Positions 1 to 9,471 of a DNA stretch of 64,000 nucleotides are shown here, piece by piece. The notes beneath the pieces are model-generated. The model worked only from the letters and a program-made list of their open reading frames with translations, was not told where the DNA came from and did no database searches. Source of the stretch: an uncultured Lachnospiraceae bacterium (GTDB lineage Bacteria; Bacillota; Clostridia; Christensenellales; UBA1242); NCBI GenBank assembly GCA_964368755.1, contig CAYJCR010000005.1, forward strand, positions 7,280 to 71,279, given 5' to 3'. The position numbers were made by a program, and so were the translations under genes. Numbering within the stretch: the first letter of the stretch is position 1; every line of letters begins with the position of its first letter.

Positions 1-870
1 GGACAGACTTTCATCGGATGGCAGGAAGGTTATCTAGATGTAACAAAAGACGCTATTATTAATGCAGTATTTTCACTTAATACATATACGATAACATTCG
101 TTGATATCAAGAATAACAATGTGCTTTTGACAAGGATGGTGGCTTATGGAGCCAAGGTCCCTATGCCAGAAGCTACAGATTATGGTTTGAGAGTGACTGT
201 CAATGGATATTATCATGACAAAGATTCATCGGCTGTGTTTAATTTTGATAGTGCTATTACTAGTACAAAAACTATATATGTAGATATTGACTTTGAGTAT
301 AAAAAGATTAATTATTTTATTGACAATAAGCCATATTTGTCATTTGATGTTATTTATGGTAAATCGTTCACAAACATTCCTGTTCTTCCACATAGAACAG
401 GCTACGATATTGTAGCACCTGTTTGGAGTATTGGTGAGTTCATTGCAGTTACTGACGATGTAAGAGTTGATGCAATCTATACTATCAATGTATATAATGT
501 CAAATTAACAATGCCGAATGGAGAAGACATAATCTATCGTGTAGAACATGGAGATAGTATATCCAATATCCCAGAATATAAAGTAAGTGGAGTATTCAAC
601 AAATTATCTGTAGACTTGTTAAAAATCAACAATATTGATAGTGATAGAGAGATCAAGGTTGTCGTTACTAAACGTATAGAATTGATACTTTCAATATGTG
701 CAGTACTTGCTACTATGTTGCTAATATCTGCAATTATGTTCATAAAAATGATTCTCAAGAACTTGGAAGAGAAGCACAAACTTGAGGAAGCAAAGAGCAG
801 AGAGTATCAAGAGAAACTTAAGAAAATGCAAGAAGAAGAAAAGCGCTATAAAGAAAAAATGAGATTTTAA
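1..870 (+). CDS. Membrane-anchored surface protein, C-terminal fragment (5' end upstream of window) with Listeria-Bacteroides (Flg_new)-type repeats, C-terminal TM helix and Lys/Glu-rich tail
   Basis: Frame 1 is open from base 1 into listed ORF 121..870 (GQTFIGWQEGY...NTYTITFVD). G-x-F-x-GW and YTITF spacing fits Flg_new repeats. Hydrophobic LILSICAVLATMLLISAIMFI is followed by a KE-rich tail, and a hairpin terminator follows. Confidence 0.75.
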   Translation, partial: GQTFIGWQEGYLDVTKDAIINAVFSLNTYTITFVDIKNNNVLLTRMVAYGAKVPMPEATDYGLRVTVNGYYHDKDSSAVFNFDSAITSTKTIYVDIDFEYKKINYFIDNKPYLSFDVIYGKSFTNIPVLPHRTGYDIVAPVWSIGEFIAVTDDVRVDAIYTINVYNVKLTMPNGEDIIYRVEHGDSISNIPEYKVSGVFNKLSVDLLKINNIDSDREIKVVVTKRIELILSICAVLATMLLISAIMFIKMILKNLEEKHKLEEAKSREYQEKLKKMQEEEKRYKEKMRF

Positions 871-873
871 TAT

Positions 874-904
874 AATGGAGTGCAAAGTTGTACTCCATTT
901 TTTG
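874..904 (+). terminator. Intrinsic terminator after surface-protein gene
   Basis: AATGGAGT (874-881) pairs with ACTCCATT (892-899), 10-nt loop, then a T-run. Confidence 0.7.
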
Positions 905-965
905 TTGTCGGATATCAATAAAAAATAAAATATAAAAAATGCACAAAAAAATGTAGTTGTTTTAC

Positions 966-995
966 TTGCCAAGATTATAGCAAATGGATTACAAT
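966..995 (+). promoter_or_regulatory. Candidate sigma-A promoter of ppdK
   Basis: TTGCCA (966-971), 18-nt spacer, TACAAT (990-995). Confidence 0.45.
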
Positions 996-1033
996 AACTA
1001 AGTCAAAAATAAAATGTTTTTAAGGAGAAAAAT

Positions 1034-3673
1034 ATGGCAACCAAAAAAGCTAAATATGTTTACTTATTCACAGAAGGCAATGCAGGAATGAGAAACCTTC
1101 TTGGTGGTAAAGGTGCAAATCTTGCAGAGATGACTAACCTTGGACTACCAGTTCCACAAGGCTTCACTGTAACAACAGAAGCTTGTAACAAATATTATGA
1201 AGATGGCAAAACTATTGCTCCTGAGATAGTAGAAGAGATCTCAGTTGCTCTTGCTAAACTAGAGAAGATCGCTGGTAAAAAGTTCGGTGATAACAAGAAC
1301 CCATTCTTGGTATCAGTTAGAAGTGGAGCACGTGCTTCAATGCCTGGTATGATGGACACTATCTTGAACCTTGGACTTAACGATGTTGCAGTTGAAGGTA
1401 TGGCAAAACTTACTAACAACCCAAGATTTGCTTATGACTCTTACCGTAGATTTATCCAAATGTTCTCAGACGTTGTTATGGGACTTGAGAAATCTAAATT
1501 CGAAAGAGTACTTGATGAGATCAAAGCTAAGAAGAAAGTTAAATATGATTCTGACCTAAGTGCAGAAGATTTGAAAGAAGTTGTTGTTAAATTCAAAGCT
1601 TTCTACAAGAAAGAGATGAAGTCTGACTTCCCACAAGATCCTAAGACACAACTTATGGAATCAGTTAAGGCAGTATTCCGTAGCTGGGATAACCCAAGAG
1701 CTATCGTATACCGTCGTATGAATGATATCCCTGGCAGTTGGGGAACAGCTGTTAACGTACAAGCAATGGTATTCGGTAATATGGGAGATGATTGTGGCAC
1801 AGGTGTTGCTTTCACTCGTAGCCCATCTACTGGTGAGAAGAAGTTGTTCGGTGAGTACCTTATGAATGCACAAGGTGAGGACGTTGTTGCTGGTATCAGA
1901 ACACCAATGCCTATCGCTTCACTTCAAAAACAAAATCCTGCTATCTACAAGCAATTTGTAGAAGTATGTAATATCCTTGAGAGTCACTACAAAGATATGC
2001 AAGATATGGAGTTTACTATCGAGAGAGGTAAGCTATATATGCTTCAGACTCGTAATGGTAAGAGAACTGCTACTGCTGCACTTCAGATTGCAGTTGACTT
2101 AGTCAAAGAGAAAATGATCACAAAAGATCAAGCTTTGCTTATGATTGACCCTAAACAACTTGATGCTTTGCTTCACCCACAATTTGATACAACAGCTTTG
2201 AAGGCTGCTAAGCCTATCGCTAAGGCTCTTCCAGCATCTCCTGGTGCTGCTTGTGGTATGGTTGTATTTGATGCAGAAACTGCTAAAGAATGGGCTGCAA
2301 ATAAGAAGAAAGTTGTTCTTGTAAGACTTGAGACATCTCCAGAAGATATCGAAGGTATGTATGCTGCAGAAGGCGTTCTTACAGTTCGTGGTGGTATGAC
2401 ATCTCACGCAGCCGTTGTTGCTCGTGGTATGGGTACTGCTTGTGTTGCTGGTTGTGGTGAGATAATCATCGACGAAGCAAAGAAACAATTTGAACTTGCT
2501 GGCAAAGTATATCATGAGGGAGATTATATCTCACTTGATGGAAGTACTGGTAATATCTATGGTTCAGCTATCAAGACTGTTCCTGCTTCACTTAGTGGCA
2601 ACTTCGGAACAATTATGCAATGGGCTGATGAGAGAAGATCACTCAAAGTTAGAACAAATGCTGATACTCCAGCTGATGCTAGACAAGCATTCAAGTTCGG
2701 TGCAGAAGGTATTGGTCTATGCAGAACTGAGCATATGTTCTTTGATGCTGATAGAATCCCTGCAATCAGAGAGATGATTGTAAGTAGTACAGTAGAAGAG
2801 AGAAAGAAGGCTCTTGCCAAACTTCTTCCTATGCAAAGAAAAGACTTTATCGGTCTATATACAGAGATGCAAGGTAACCCTGTAACAATACGTTTCCTTG
2901 ATCCACCTCTACATGAGTTTATGCCTCATACAGATGCTGATATGAAAGCTCTTGCTAAAGATATGGGTATCACATACAAGCAGATTAAGAACACTGTTGA
3001 TTCTCTTCATGAGTTCAACCCAATGCTTGGTCACCGTGGTTGCCGTCTTGCAGTTACTTATCCAGAAATCGCTGAGATGCAGACAACTGCTGTTATCGAA
3101 GCTGCTCTTGCTGTAAGTAAGAAACAAGGCAAGCCAATTGTTCCTGAGATAATGATCCCACTTGTTGGAGAAGTTAAGGAACTTAAGTATGTCAAAGATA
3201 TCGTATGTAAGACTGCTGATGCTATAATCGCTAAGTCTGGTGTCAAGATGGAATACCATGTTGGTACTATGATTGAGATTCCACGTGCTGCTCTTACTGC
3301 AGATAAGATTGCTGAGCAAGCTGAGTTCTTCTCATTCGGTACAAACGACCTTACACAGATGACTTACGGATTCAGCCGTGATGATGCTGGTAAGTTCTTG
3401 AATGACTACTACGAGAAGAAGATATTTGAGTCTGATCCATTCGCCCGTATTGACTTCGAAGGCGTTGGCAAGCTTATAGAAATGGCTGCTACTCTTGGAA
3501 GAAAAACTCGTCCAAATATCAAACTTGGTATATGTGGTGAGCAAGGTGGAGATCCAAGTTCTGTTGAGTTCTGTCACAATGCTGGACTTACTTATGTATC
3601 TTGTAGCCCATACCGTGTTCCTATTGCTAGACTTGCAGCTGCACAGGCTAACATTAGAAATCCACGTAAATAA
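1034..3673 (+). CDS. ppdK: Pyruvate, phosphate dikinase
   Basis: 879 aa. N-terminal ATP-grasp (GGKGANLAEM), phosphohistidine swivel motif GGMTSHAAVVARGMG, C-terminal PEP-utilising barrel (FFSFGTNDLTQ). AAGGAGA RBS upstream. Confidence 0.97.
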   Translation: MATKKAKYVYLFTEGNAGMRNLLGGKGANLAEMTNLGLPVPQGFTVTTEACNKYYEDGKTIAPEIVEEISVALAKLEKIAGKKFGDNKNPFLVSVRSGARASMPGMMDTILNLGLNDVAVEGMAKLTNNPRFAYDSYRRFIQMFSDVVMGLEKSKFERVLDEIKAKKKVKYDSDLSAEDLKEVVVKFKAFYKKEMKSDFPQDPKTQLMESVKAVFRSWDNPRAIVYRRMNDIPGSWGTAVNVQAMVFGNMGDDCGTGVAFTRSPSTGEKKLFGEYLMNAQGEDVVAGIRTPMPIASLQKQNPAIYKQFVEVCNILESHYKDMQDMEFTIERGKLYMLQTRNGKRTATAALQIAVDLVKEKMITKDQALLMIDPKQLDALLHPQFDTTALKAAKPIAKALPASPGAACGMVVFDAETAKEWAANKKKVVLVRLETSPEDIEGMYAAEGVLTVRGGMTSHAAVVARGMGTACVAGCGEIIIDEAKKQFELAGKVYHEGDYISLDGSTGNIYGSAIKTVPASLSGNFGTIMQWADERRSLKVRTNADTPADARQAFKFGAEGIGLCRTEHMFFDADRIPAIREMIVSSTVEERKKALAKLLPMQRKDFIGLYTEMQGNPVTIRFLDPPLHEFMPHTDADMKALAKDMGITYKQIKNTVDSLHEFNPMLGHRGCRLAVTYPEIAEMQTTAVIEAALAVSKKQGKPIVPEIMIPLVGEVKELKYVKDIVCKTADAIIAKSGVKMEYHVGTMIEIPRAALTADKIAEQAEFFSFGTNDLTQMTYGFSRDDAGKFLNDYYEKKIFESDPFARIDFEGVGKLIEMAATLGRKTRPNIKLGICGEQGGDPSSVEFCHNAGLTYVSCSPYRVPIARLAAAQANIRNPRK

Positions 3674-3679
3674 TTCTAG

Positions 3680-3708
3680 AGCATAAAATAAGCGAATTTC
3701 TTTGTCAA
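3680..3708 (-). promoter_or_regulatory. Candidate outward-facing promoter inside the inverted-repeat unit (currently antisense to the ppdK 3' end)
   Basis: On the minus strand: TTGACA (3708-3703), 17-nt spacer, TATGCT (3685-3680). The -10 lies within the inverted repeat, so an identical promoter would form facing rightward if the unit flipped. Confidence 0.3.
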
Positions 3709-3716
3709 TTAAAAAT

Positions 3717-3767
3717 AATTCAGAACAGTTATGTATGTCTATATACACGCCTGTTCTGAATTTTTTT
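3717..3767 (+). terminator. Intrinsic terminator of ppdK
   Basis: 12-bp stem AATTCAGAACAG (3717-3728) / CTGTTCTGAATT (3751-3762), 22-nt loop, T7 run to 3767. A-rich on the 5' side, so it may work in both directions. Confidence 0.85.
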
Positions 3768-3881
3768 ATTTCCTCGAACTTCATCTTATTTTATGCTCTA
3801 GAAAAATCAAAAGTATATCCATTGGTTTAATTTTGTTGTGCAATGATGATATTTATTGTAAACTATATACAGGAGATAATT

Positions 3882-4442
3882 ATGTTATACGTTGTTAGGC
3901 ATGGTCAGACTACATACAATGAACTTGGAAGGGTGCAAGGGCACATTGACACTCCACTTTCTGACTATGGCAAGTCTCAAGCTAGGGCTGTGGCTTTGGA
4001 ACTCAAAGGTATAGTGTTTGATAAGATATATTCTTCACCTTTGTCTAGAGCTTATGATACGGCTGCTGAGATCAATAAATACCACAATCAAGAGATTATC
4101 CTTGATGATAGGCTAAAAGAGTTTAAACTAGGCTCTTTTGAAGGGCAATTGTGGGACAAGATGTCTGAGAAAGAAAGTGAAGATGTCTTAATAAGAACGG
4201 ATTTGTTTGGAGGCGAAACAAGACTAATGATGTGTGCGAGGATAAAAGATTTTTTGAGAGAGATTTTGTCGAGCGTGTCTGATAATTGCAATATATTGTT
4301 GGTTGCACACGGTGGAGTTGTTAACACAATCAACAATATTGTGAAGCATAATATGATTGAGCAAGGTATGTGGGAATGGAATCCAATCAAGAATACTCAA
4401 TGTGAAAAGTATGATATTTCAGTATTAAAAGGTCTTGTATAG
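3882..4442 (+). CDS. Histidine phosphatase family protein (phosphoglycerate-mutase-like)
   Basis: RHG motif at the N-terminus (LYVVRHGQTTYN) and a second His in LLVAHGGV. Start moved to ATG 3882, behind AGGAG at 3871-3875. Confidence 0.85.
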   Translation: MLYVVRHGQTTYNELGRVQGHIDTPLSDYGKSQARAVALELKGIVFDKIYSSPLSRAYDTAAEINKYHNQEIILDDRLKEFKLGSFEGQLWDKMSEKESEDVLIRTDLFGGETRLMMCARIKDFLREILSSVSDNCNILLVAHGGVVNTINNIVKHNMIEQGMWEWNPIKNTQCEKYDISVLKGLV

Positions 4443-4456
4443 TCTATTGTGGATAG

Positions 4457-4486
4457 AATAGTAGAAGAAAAGCTACTATTTTTTTG
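4457..4486 (+). terminator. Intrinsic terminator
   Basis: AATAGTAG (4457-4464) / CTACTATT (4473-4480) followed by T6. Confidence 0.75.
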
Positions 4487-4506
4487 TCTTACAGATAGCC
4501 TTGGAG

Positions 4507-4535
4507 TTGACAAAATTGTTCGGGAGGGGTATACT
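4507..4535 (+). promoter_or_regulatory. Sigma-A-like promoter of the NUDIX gene
   Basis: TTGACA (4507-4512), 17 nt, TATACT (4530-4535). Confidence 0.55.
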
Positions 4536-4553
4536 GGTTTTAGAGGATAATAT

Positions 4554-5096
4554 ATGATTGGGTATTTTGATGTATTGAACGAAAATGGTGTAAAAACTGG
4601 CGAGCTCTGTACAAGACAGGATGCACATAAGTTGGGCATATGGCATAGGGCAGTCATTGTTGCTATTGTTAATGATGACAATCAGGTACTTGTGCAACAA
4701 AGAGCCAAAGACAAAGAGAAGTTCCCTAACTTGTGGGATATCTCTATGGCTGGTCACGTATCAAGTGGAGATGATGCTACATCTACGGCTAGTAAGGAAC
4801 TGAATGAAGAGATTGGAGTTACGATGGGATTTAATTCTCAAGTAAAAGATTTTAGATTTATTACTTCTTTTAGAAGAAGTGATACAATAGGTACATTTAT
4901 AGAAAATCAGTATTATGACCTTTTTATTATTAGGAAGAATCTTTATTTGAATAAAGATGCAAGTATGCAACTTGAGGAAGTTCAGGATATTCAATGGAAG
5001 TCGATTTCTCAAATCTTAAAGATGAGAAAGGAATGTTTGTTCCATCCAAGAACTGAATGGATAGATGAAGTAATAAAGTTTATAAATAAGTTTTAA
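4554..5096 (+). CDS. NUDIX hydrolase (IDI-1-like subfamily architecture)
   Basis: Nudix box GHVSSGDDATSTASKELNEEIGV, preceded by HRAV...QQRAKDKEKFPNLWD. Confidence 0.85.
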   Translation: MIGYFDVLNENGVKTGELCTRQDAHKLGIWHRAVIVAIVNDDNQVLVQQRAKDKEKFPNLWDISMAGHVSSGDDATSTASKELNEEIGVTMGFNSQVKDFRFITSFRRSDTIGTFIENQYYDLFIIRKNLYLNKDASMQLEEVQDIQWKSISQILKMRKECLFHPRTEWIDEVIKFINKF

Positions 5097-5107
5097 CAAA
5101 ATAAAGG

Positions 5108-5152
5108 AAAATCCGTATTGATGTCGAATATGACTATTAATCGGATTTTTTA
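5108..5152 (+). terminator. Possible intrinsic terminator (long loop)
   Basis: AAATCCG (5109-5115) / CGGATTT (5142-5148) followed by a T-run; the 26-nt loop weakens the call. Confidence 0.4.
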
Positions 5153-5185
5153 TATGCCCATAGTATATGTGGACAAGAAATATTA

Positions 5186-6949
5186 TTGGGAGAAAATGGT
5201 TTGCAGAACAAAGGATATGACCTTGATTGGATAGAAAAGCTCAAGAGTGCAAACGATATCGTGTCAGTAATCTCGAAATATGTCACTTTACAAAAAAAAG
5301 GTAAGACATACTGGGGTTGCTGTCCTTTTCATTTTGAAAAAACCCCTTCTTTTGCTGTTAATGAGATAGAGCAGTACTATCATTGCTTTGGTTGTGGCGA
5401 AAGTGGAGATGTCATCAAGTTTGTCCAAAAGATTGAATCACTCGACTTTATGGGTGCTATTACCAATCTTGCAGAGCGAGTTGGTATGGAAGTACCTAAA
5501 TATAGTGGCGAAGAAAAAATATTTGAGCAGAATAGCAAAAAACAGAAGTGCTATCAAGCGTGCAATCTTGCAATGAAACATTATATGGAGAATCTTCCAC
5601 ATAGTGAGATTGCTAACAAATATCTTGCCAAGAGACAACTTACTCAGAAAGAAGTGGACAAGTTCGGGATAGGATATTCCAAAGGCTGGACAGATGTCAT
5701 TGGAGTCCTTAGTAGGCAGAATATTTCGACTGCTACTATGCTAGAAGCAGGCATTGTTGCCAAGAAGAATGATAGATGCTATGATGTAATGGCAGAAAGA
5801 CTTATATTCCCAATCATCAATTCGTATGGAGACTGCATTGGTTTTACAGCACGTGCTCTTGATGATCAGAAGTTTGCAAAATATCGTAATACAGAACAGA
5901 CAATCATTTTTGACAAAAGCAAGACAGTATATAATATACATAATGTCAAAAAGCTCAAACAGGAGAGTGGCATAGATAACATAATCATATGCGAAGGTGC
6001 AATGGATGTTATTGCTATGGTCAAAGCAAGCTTTGAAAATACGGTTGCTTGCATGGGTACGGCGATTACAGCCTTCCACGCACGCGAGCTTAAACGTTTT
6101 GCACCACAAGTGATACTTTGCCTAGATGGCGACTTTGCTGGTCAAAAAGCTGCCTTTAGAGCCCTTGATATATTCTCAGATGAGGGGCTTGATGTGAGAG
6201 TAGTAACATTGCCAGAGAATCTGGACCCTGATGAATATCTTAAGAAGTACGGTGCAGAAAAACTTCAAGAAGAGATATCAAAAGCTGAAGTTAGCATAGA
6301 TTACAAATTGAAGAAAATTGCTAGCAAGTATAACCTTAACAACAATTATGAGAATGCCAAGTATATCAAAGAAGCCCTTGCCATTATCAACAAACTTGGC
6401 AGTAAGGCAGAGCAGGAAGTATATCTCAAATTGGTAAGGGATTTGACCAAAGTATCAGTCGATGTATTGAGGAGAGATATTAGTGGAGATTCTTTGAATG
6501 CCTCTGTTCGTCAAGAAGAGAAGAGCCTTCCGGTTCAAGAAGAAGGATTGCTCAAGGCAACCAAGTTCGTGCTTGCAAGTATGTTACATAAAAAGGACTA
6601 TGTCCAAACCGACATAGACAACATATATTTTAAGAATAATAATTACCAGAAGCTATTTGATTACATTAAGAACTTGACAAGTCAGGGCAAAGAGATTACA
6701 ATAAGTGAAGTTTTTTCGCTATTCGATGTCGATGACAACAAAGATATCAAGGATTTGATTGATTACAATTTTGAACAATTTGTTGACCAGAAGAAGTATT
6801 ACTATGAGAGTCTTGATAAGATTCGCAAAACAGGTCTTGAATACAAGCAACAAGAACTCAAAGATAAGTTCAAGACTGAGACTGATCTAGAAAAACGTAG
6901 ACAGATTGCAATAGAACTCACTATGGTGACAAAAGAATTGAAAAAATAA
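5186..6949 (+). CDS. dnaG: DNA primase
   Basis: CHC2 zinc finger ([12 protein letters not shown]...[10 protein letters not shown]) and TOPRIM motifs ([19 protein letters not shown]). TTG start at 5186 has no obvious RBS; an in-frame TTG at 5201 behind GGGAGA is an alternative. Confidence 0.92.
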   Translation: MGENGLQNKGYDLDWIEKLKSANDIVSVISKYVTLQKKGKTYWGCCPFHFEKTPSFAVNEIEQYYHCFGCGESGDVIKFVQKIESLDFMGAITNLAERVGMEVPKYSGEEKIFEQNSKKQKCYQACNLAMKHYMENLPHSEIANKYLAKRQLTQKEVDKFGIGYSKGWTDVIGVLSRQNISTATMLEAGIVAKKNDRCYDVMAERLIFPIINSYGDCIGFTARALDDQKFAKYRNTEQTIIFDKSKTVYNIHNVKKLKQESGIDNIIICEGAMDVIAMVKASFENTVACMGTAITAFHARELKRFAPQVILCLDGDFAGQKAAFRALDIFSDEGLDVRVVTLPENLDPDEYLKKYGAEKLQEEISKAEVSIDYKLKKIASKYNLNNNYENAKYIKEALAIINKLGSKAEQEVYLKLVRDLTKVSVDVLRRDISGDSLNASVRQEEKSLPVQEEGLLKATKFVLASMLHKKDYVQTDIDNIYFKNNNYQKLFDYIKNLTSQGKEITISEVFSLFDVDDNKDIKDLIDYNFEQFVDQKKYYYESLDKIRKTGLEYKQQELKDKFKTETDLEKRRQIAIELTMVTKELKK

Positions 6950-8022
6950 TGGAGAAAAATATGTTTGAAGATGAAAGATTTGGTGGTGAGATAGAAAAAC
7001 TCATTGCTATCGCTAACAAAAAAGGCTCAATTAATGAGGAAGAAATCTATCTCAGGATGCTTAAGTACGAGGCAACTGCTGATGATAGCAAGCGAGTTAT
7101 AGATTATCTTACTGAGCAAGGTATCAAGATCAATGCAACCAATGATATCTTGGATGATGAAGAACTCAACAAGATTGCAAGTCAAGTCAATGTTGATGAT
7201 CCAGTCAAGATGTATCTCAAAGATATAGGCAAAGTTCCACTACTATCTGGTGATGAGGAGATAGAACTAGCTAAGAAGATGGTCGATGGCGACGAGTACG
7301 CTAAGGCAAAACTTTGCGAAGCGAACTTGAGACTTGTTGTAAGTATTGCCAAGCGTTATGTTGTTAGGACTAGTATGCAATTCCTTGACCTTATACAAGA
7401 AGGCAACCTTGGACTTCTCAAAGCAGTAGAGAAGTTTGATTACACCAAAGGCTTCCGTTTTAGTACCTATGCTACTTGGTGGATAAGACAATCAATTACA
7501 AGAGCAATAGCCGATCAAGCACGTACAATACGTATACCTGTACATATGGTTGAGACTATCAACAAACTTATTAGAGTATCAAGACAGTTGTTGCAGACAC
7601 TTGGTCGTGACCCTACTTCTGCAGAAATAGCCGAGAAGATGGGTATTAGTGAAGAAAGAGTCTGTGAGATACAGAAGATTGCTCAGGATCCAGTATCTTT
7701 GGAGAACCCTGTAGGTGAAGAAGAAGATAGTAAGATAGCAGACTTTGTCGAAGATGAAAGTATTAAGTCTCCAGTAGAAGCGGCATCTCAACTTATACTC
7801 AAAGAACAATTGCTTGCAGCAATTGACACTCTTACTCCACGTGAGCAGAAGGTTATAAGGCTAAGATATGGTCTTGATGATTCTCATCCACGTACTTTGG
7901 AAGAAGTCGGCAAAGAGTTCAATGTAACAAGAGAGCGTATTCGTCAGATTGAAGCCAAAGCATTAAGGAAACTCAGACACCCAAATCGTTGCAAGAAGCT
8001 TAAAGGATTCTGTGACGACTAA
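6949..8022 (+). CDS. rpoD: RNA polymerase sigma factor, group 1
   Basis: Regions 1.2-4.2 are recognisable ([55 protein letters not shown]). ATG 6961, behind GGAGA, is an alternative start. Confidence 0.96.
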   Translation: MEKNMFEDERFGGEIEKLIAIANKKGSINEEEIYLRMLKYEATADDSKRVIDYLTEQGIKINATNDILDDEELNKIASQVNVDDPVKMYLKDIGKVPLLSGDEEIELAKKMVDGDEYAKAKLCEANLRLVVSIAKRYVVRTSMQFLDLIQEGNLGLLKAVEKFDYTKGFRFSTYATWWIRQSITRAIADQARTIRIPVHMVETINKLIRVSRQLLQTLGRDPTSAEIAEKMGISEERVCEIQKIAQDPVSLENPVGEEEDSKIADFVEDESIKSPVEAASQLILKEQLLAAIDTLTPREQKVIRLRYGLDDSHPRTLEEVGKEFNVTRERIRQIEAKALRKLRHPNRCKKLKGFCDD

Positions 8023-8042
8023 ACAAATAAAAGGGAAGTATT

Positions 8043-8741
8043 ATGTTAAAAAATATTATAAACTATCAGAAGTTTGATGCCAAGTTGGTAAGACTTGAGA
8101 GAGAGCTAGCGCAAGATGAATCAAAGAAGGTCGTATCTGCAATGGTTGCTTCTGTCAAAGATTCTCAAAGCAAACTTATGACATTGGAGAAAGATGCAGA
8201 AACACAAGTCAAAGAATTGTCTTCATTAAAGCAAGAATATGACAATACCCTCAATGATCTCAACAGCCTTATTAAGACAGATGTGTCTAGTATGGAAGAG
8301 AGTAAGATCAAAGAGACAGCAGATAAGATCAACCAGATGTCTAGTAAGTTGACAGTGATTGAGAGAAAGTTGTCCACATACAATGACAAAGCGAACAATA
8401 TTTTGAAGAACTTTGAATCTACAAAGAAAAGTATCATTATGTCTAAACAGAAACATAAGGAAGCTAAGGATAAGTATGATGAGAAGGTTGCTAAATTAAC
8501 CCCTCAGATCAACGAAATCAAGGCAGAACTTAGTTCTCTTGAGAAGACTCTTGACAAAGAATTGTTTGCCAAATACAAGGTTCGTAGGGCTGACAATATC
8601 TTCCCAGTATTTGTACCACTTACCAACAATTCTTGTGGAGGATGTATGATGGGAGTATCCCAAGCCAATGTCCAACAGATCAAGAACAAAGGCTATATGG
8701 AATGTGAACAATGCCACAGGATAATATATATCGAGGAATAA
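8043..8741 (+). CDS. Coiled-coil protein with C-terminal C4 zinc ribbon (COG1579-like)
   Basis: About 190 aa of coiled-coil followed by CGGC...CEQC. This architecture is commonly found downstream of dnaG-rpoD in Firmicutes. Confidence 0.75.
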   Translation: MLKNIINYQKFDAKLVRLERELAQDESKKVVSAMVASVKDSQSKLMTLEKDAETQVKELSSLKQEYDNTLNDLNSLIKTDVSSMEESKIKETADKINQMSSKLTVIERKLSTYNDKANNILKNFESTKKSIIMSKQKHKEAKDKYDEKVAKLTPQINEIKAELSSLEKTLDKELFAKYKVRRADNIFPVFVPLTNNSCGGCMMGVSQANVQQIKNKGYMECEQCHRIIYIEE

Positions 8742-8749
8742 TAAATATA

Positions 8750-8777
8750 ACACACTTATTATAAGTGTGTTTTTTTA
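8750..8777. terminator. Hairpin terminator between convergent genes
   Basis: ACACACTTAT (8750-8759) / ATAAGTGTGT (8761-8770) followed by T7. Confidence 0.7.
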
Positions 8778-8826
8778 TGACACAAACGTTTAGTTGCTTG
8801 ATATGATTGAGTACTTTGTTATGCTA

Positions 8827-9405
8827 CTAGCGATTAAGATAATCACTTAGTTTGTCTTCACTATTATAAGCCGTAGATACTGCTGTCTGATGCGCAGGAT
8901 CAAGGTTGTTGGCGCCATGAGTTCTACTCATATAGAAGTGTATACAAGAATGTCCGGTCATATTATTGCCTTCTACAAGGTCATACGAGTGGGGATATCC
9001 ATTGATAGATCCTGCCATATATCTACCGTTGTATAGTACCCATACTGGTCTACGTGTCCAACTCCATTCATTGCCATAGATAGAGTAGAATATAGAAGTA
9101 TCAGTTGCGGTTATTGGCTCTACATCTGCATGGTTGTATCCACCTACACGCTTAACGGTATAACTTCTGAGGGTGTCTACATCTATTACCTTGGCTGTGG
9201 TGTATTTTTCAAAATACTCATTGACGAAGTCAAACCAGTTGTCTTTGTGTACAGTCACGGTGATACGGCTAGGTGTGGTCTTTGTCGTATCATTATCAGA
9301 TGCCTCAGCTCCTTCGAGAGTTATAGTATTGAGTGGCAATAGAAAAAATTGTGCAACAACTACCAATGCTACAGATATGATCAAGGTTATACTTAGACTC
9401 TTCAT
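8827..9405 (-). CDS. Secreted or membrane-anchored hypothetical protein; possible YkuD-like His...Cys motif
   Basis: Start moved to MKSLSITLIISVALVVVAQFF (signal/anchor). C-terminal PHSYDLVEGNNMTGHSCIHF loosely resembles the L,D-transpeptidase H-x(n)-SHGC motif. The product assignment is weak. Confidence 0.6.
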   Translation of the reverse strand: MKSLSITLIISVALVVVAQFFLLPLNTITLEGAEASDNDTTKTTPSRITVTVHKDNWFDFVNEYFEKYTTAKVIDVDTLRSYTVKRVGGYNHADVEPITATDTSIFYSIYGNEWSWTRRPVWVLYNGRYMAGSINGYPHSYDLVEGNNMTGHSCIHFYMSRTHGANNLDPAHQTAVSTAYNSEDKLSDYLNR

Positions 9406-9471
9406 AATAGTATTATTTGTAATGCAAATAAAATTATGAATAATAATACTATGGTTCAATAAGTTGATATT

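Larger units (their letters stand above)
3674..3803. repeat. 130-bp unit bounded by perfect 19-bp inverted repeats (TTCTAGAGCATAAAATAAG 3674-3692 / CTTATTTTATGCTCTAGAA 3785-3803)
   Basis: Exact reverse complements read directly from the sequence. The left arm starts on the base after the ppdK stop codon. A 92-nt interior holds the ppdK terminator. Confidence 0.9.

Noticed and set aside
3332-3784. 150-aa minus-strand ORF overlapping the ppdK 3' end and the inverted-repeat unit
   Set aside because: It is antisense to a highly conserved ppdK segment and runs through the terminator hairpin, with no translation signals.
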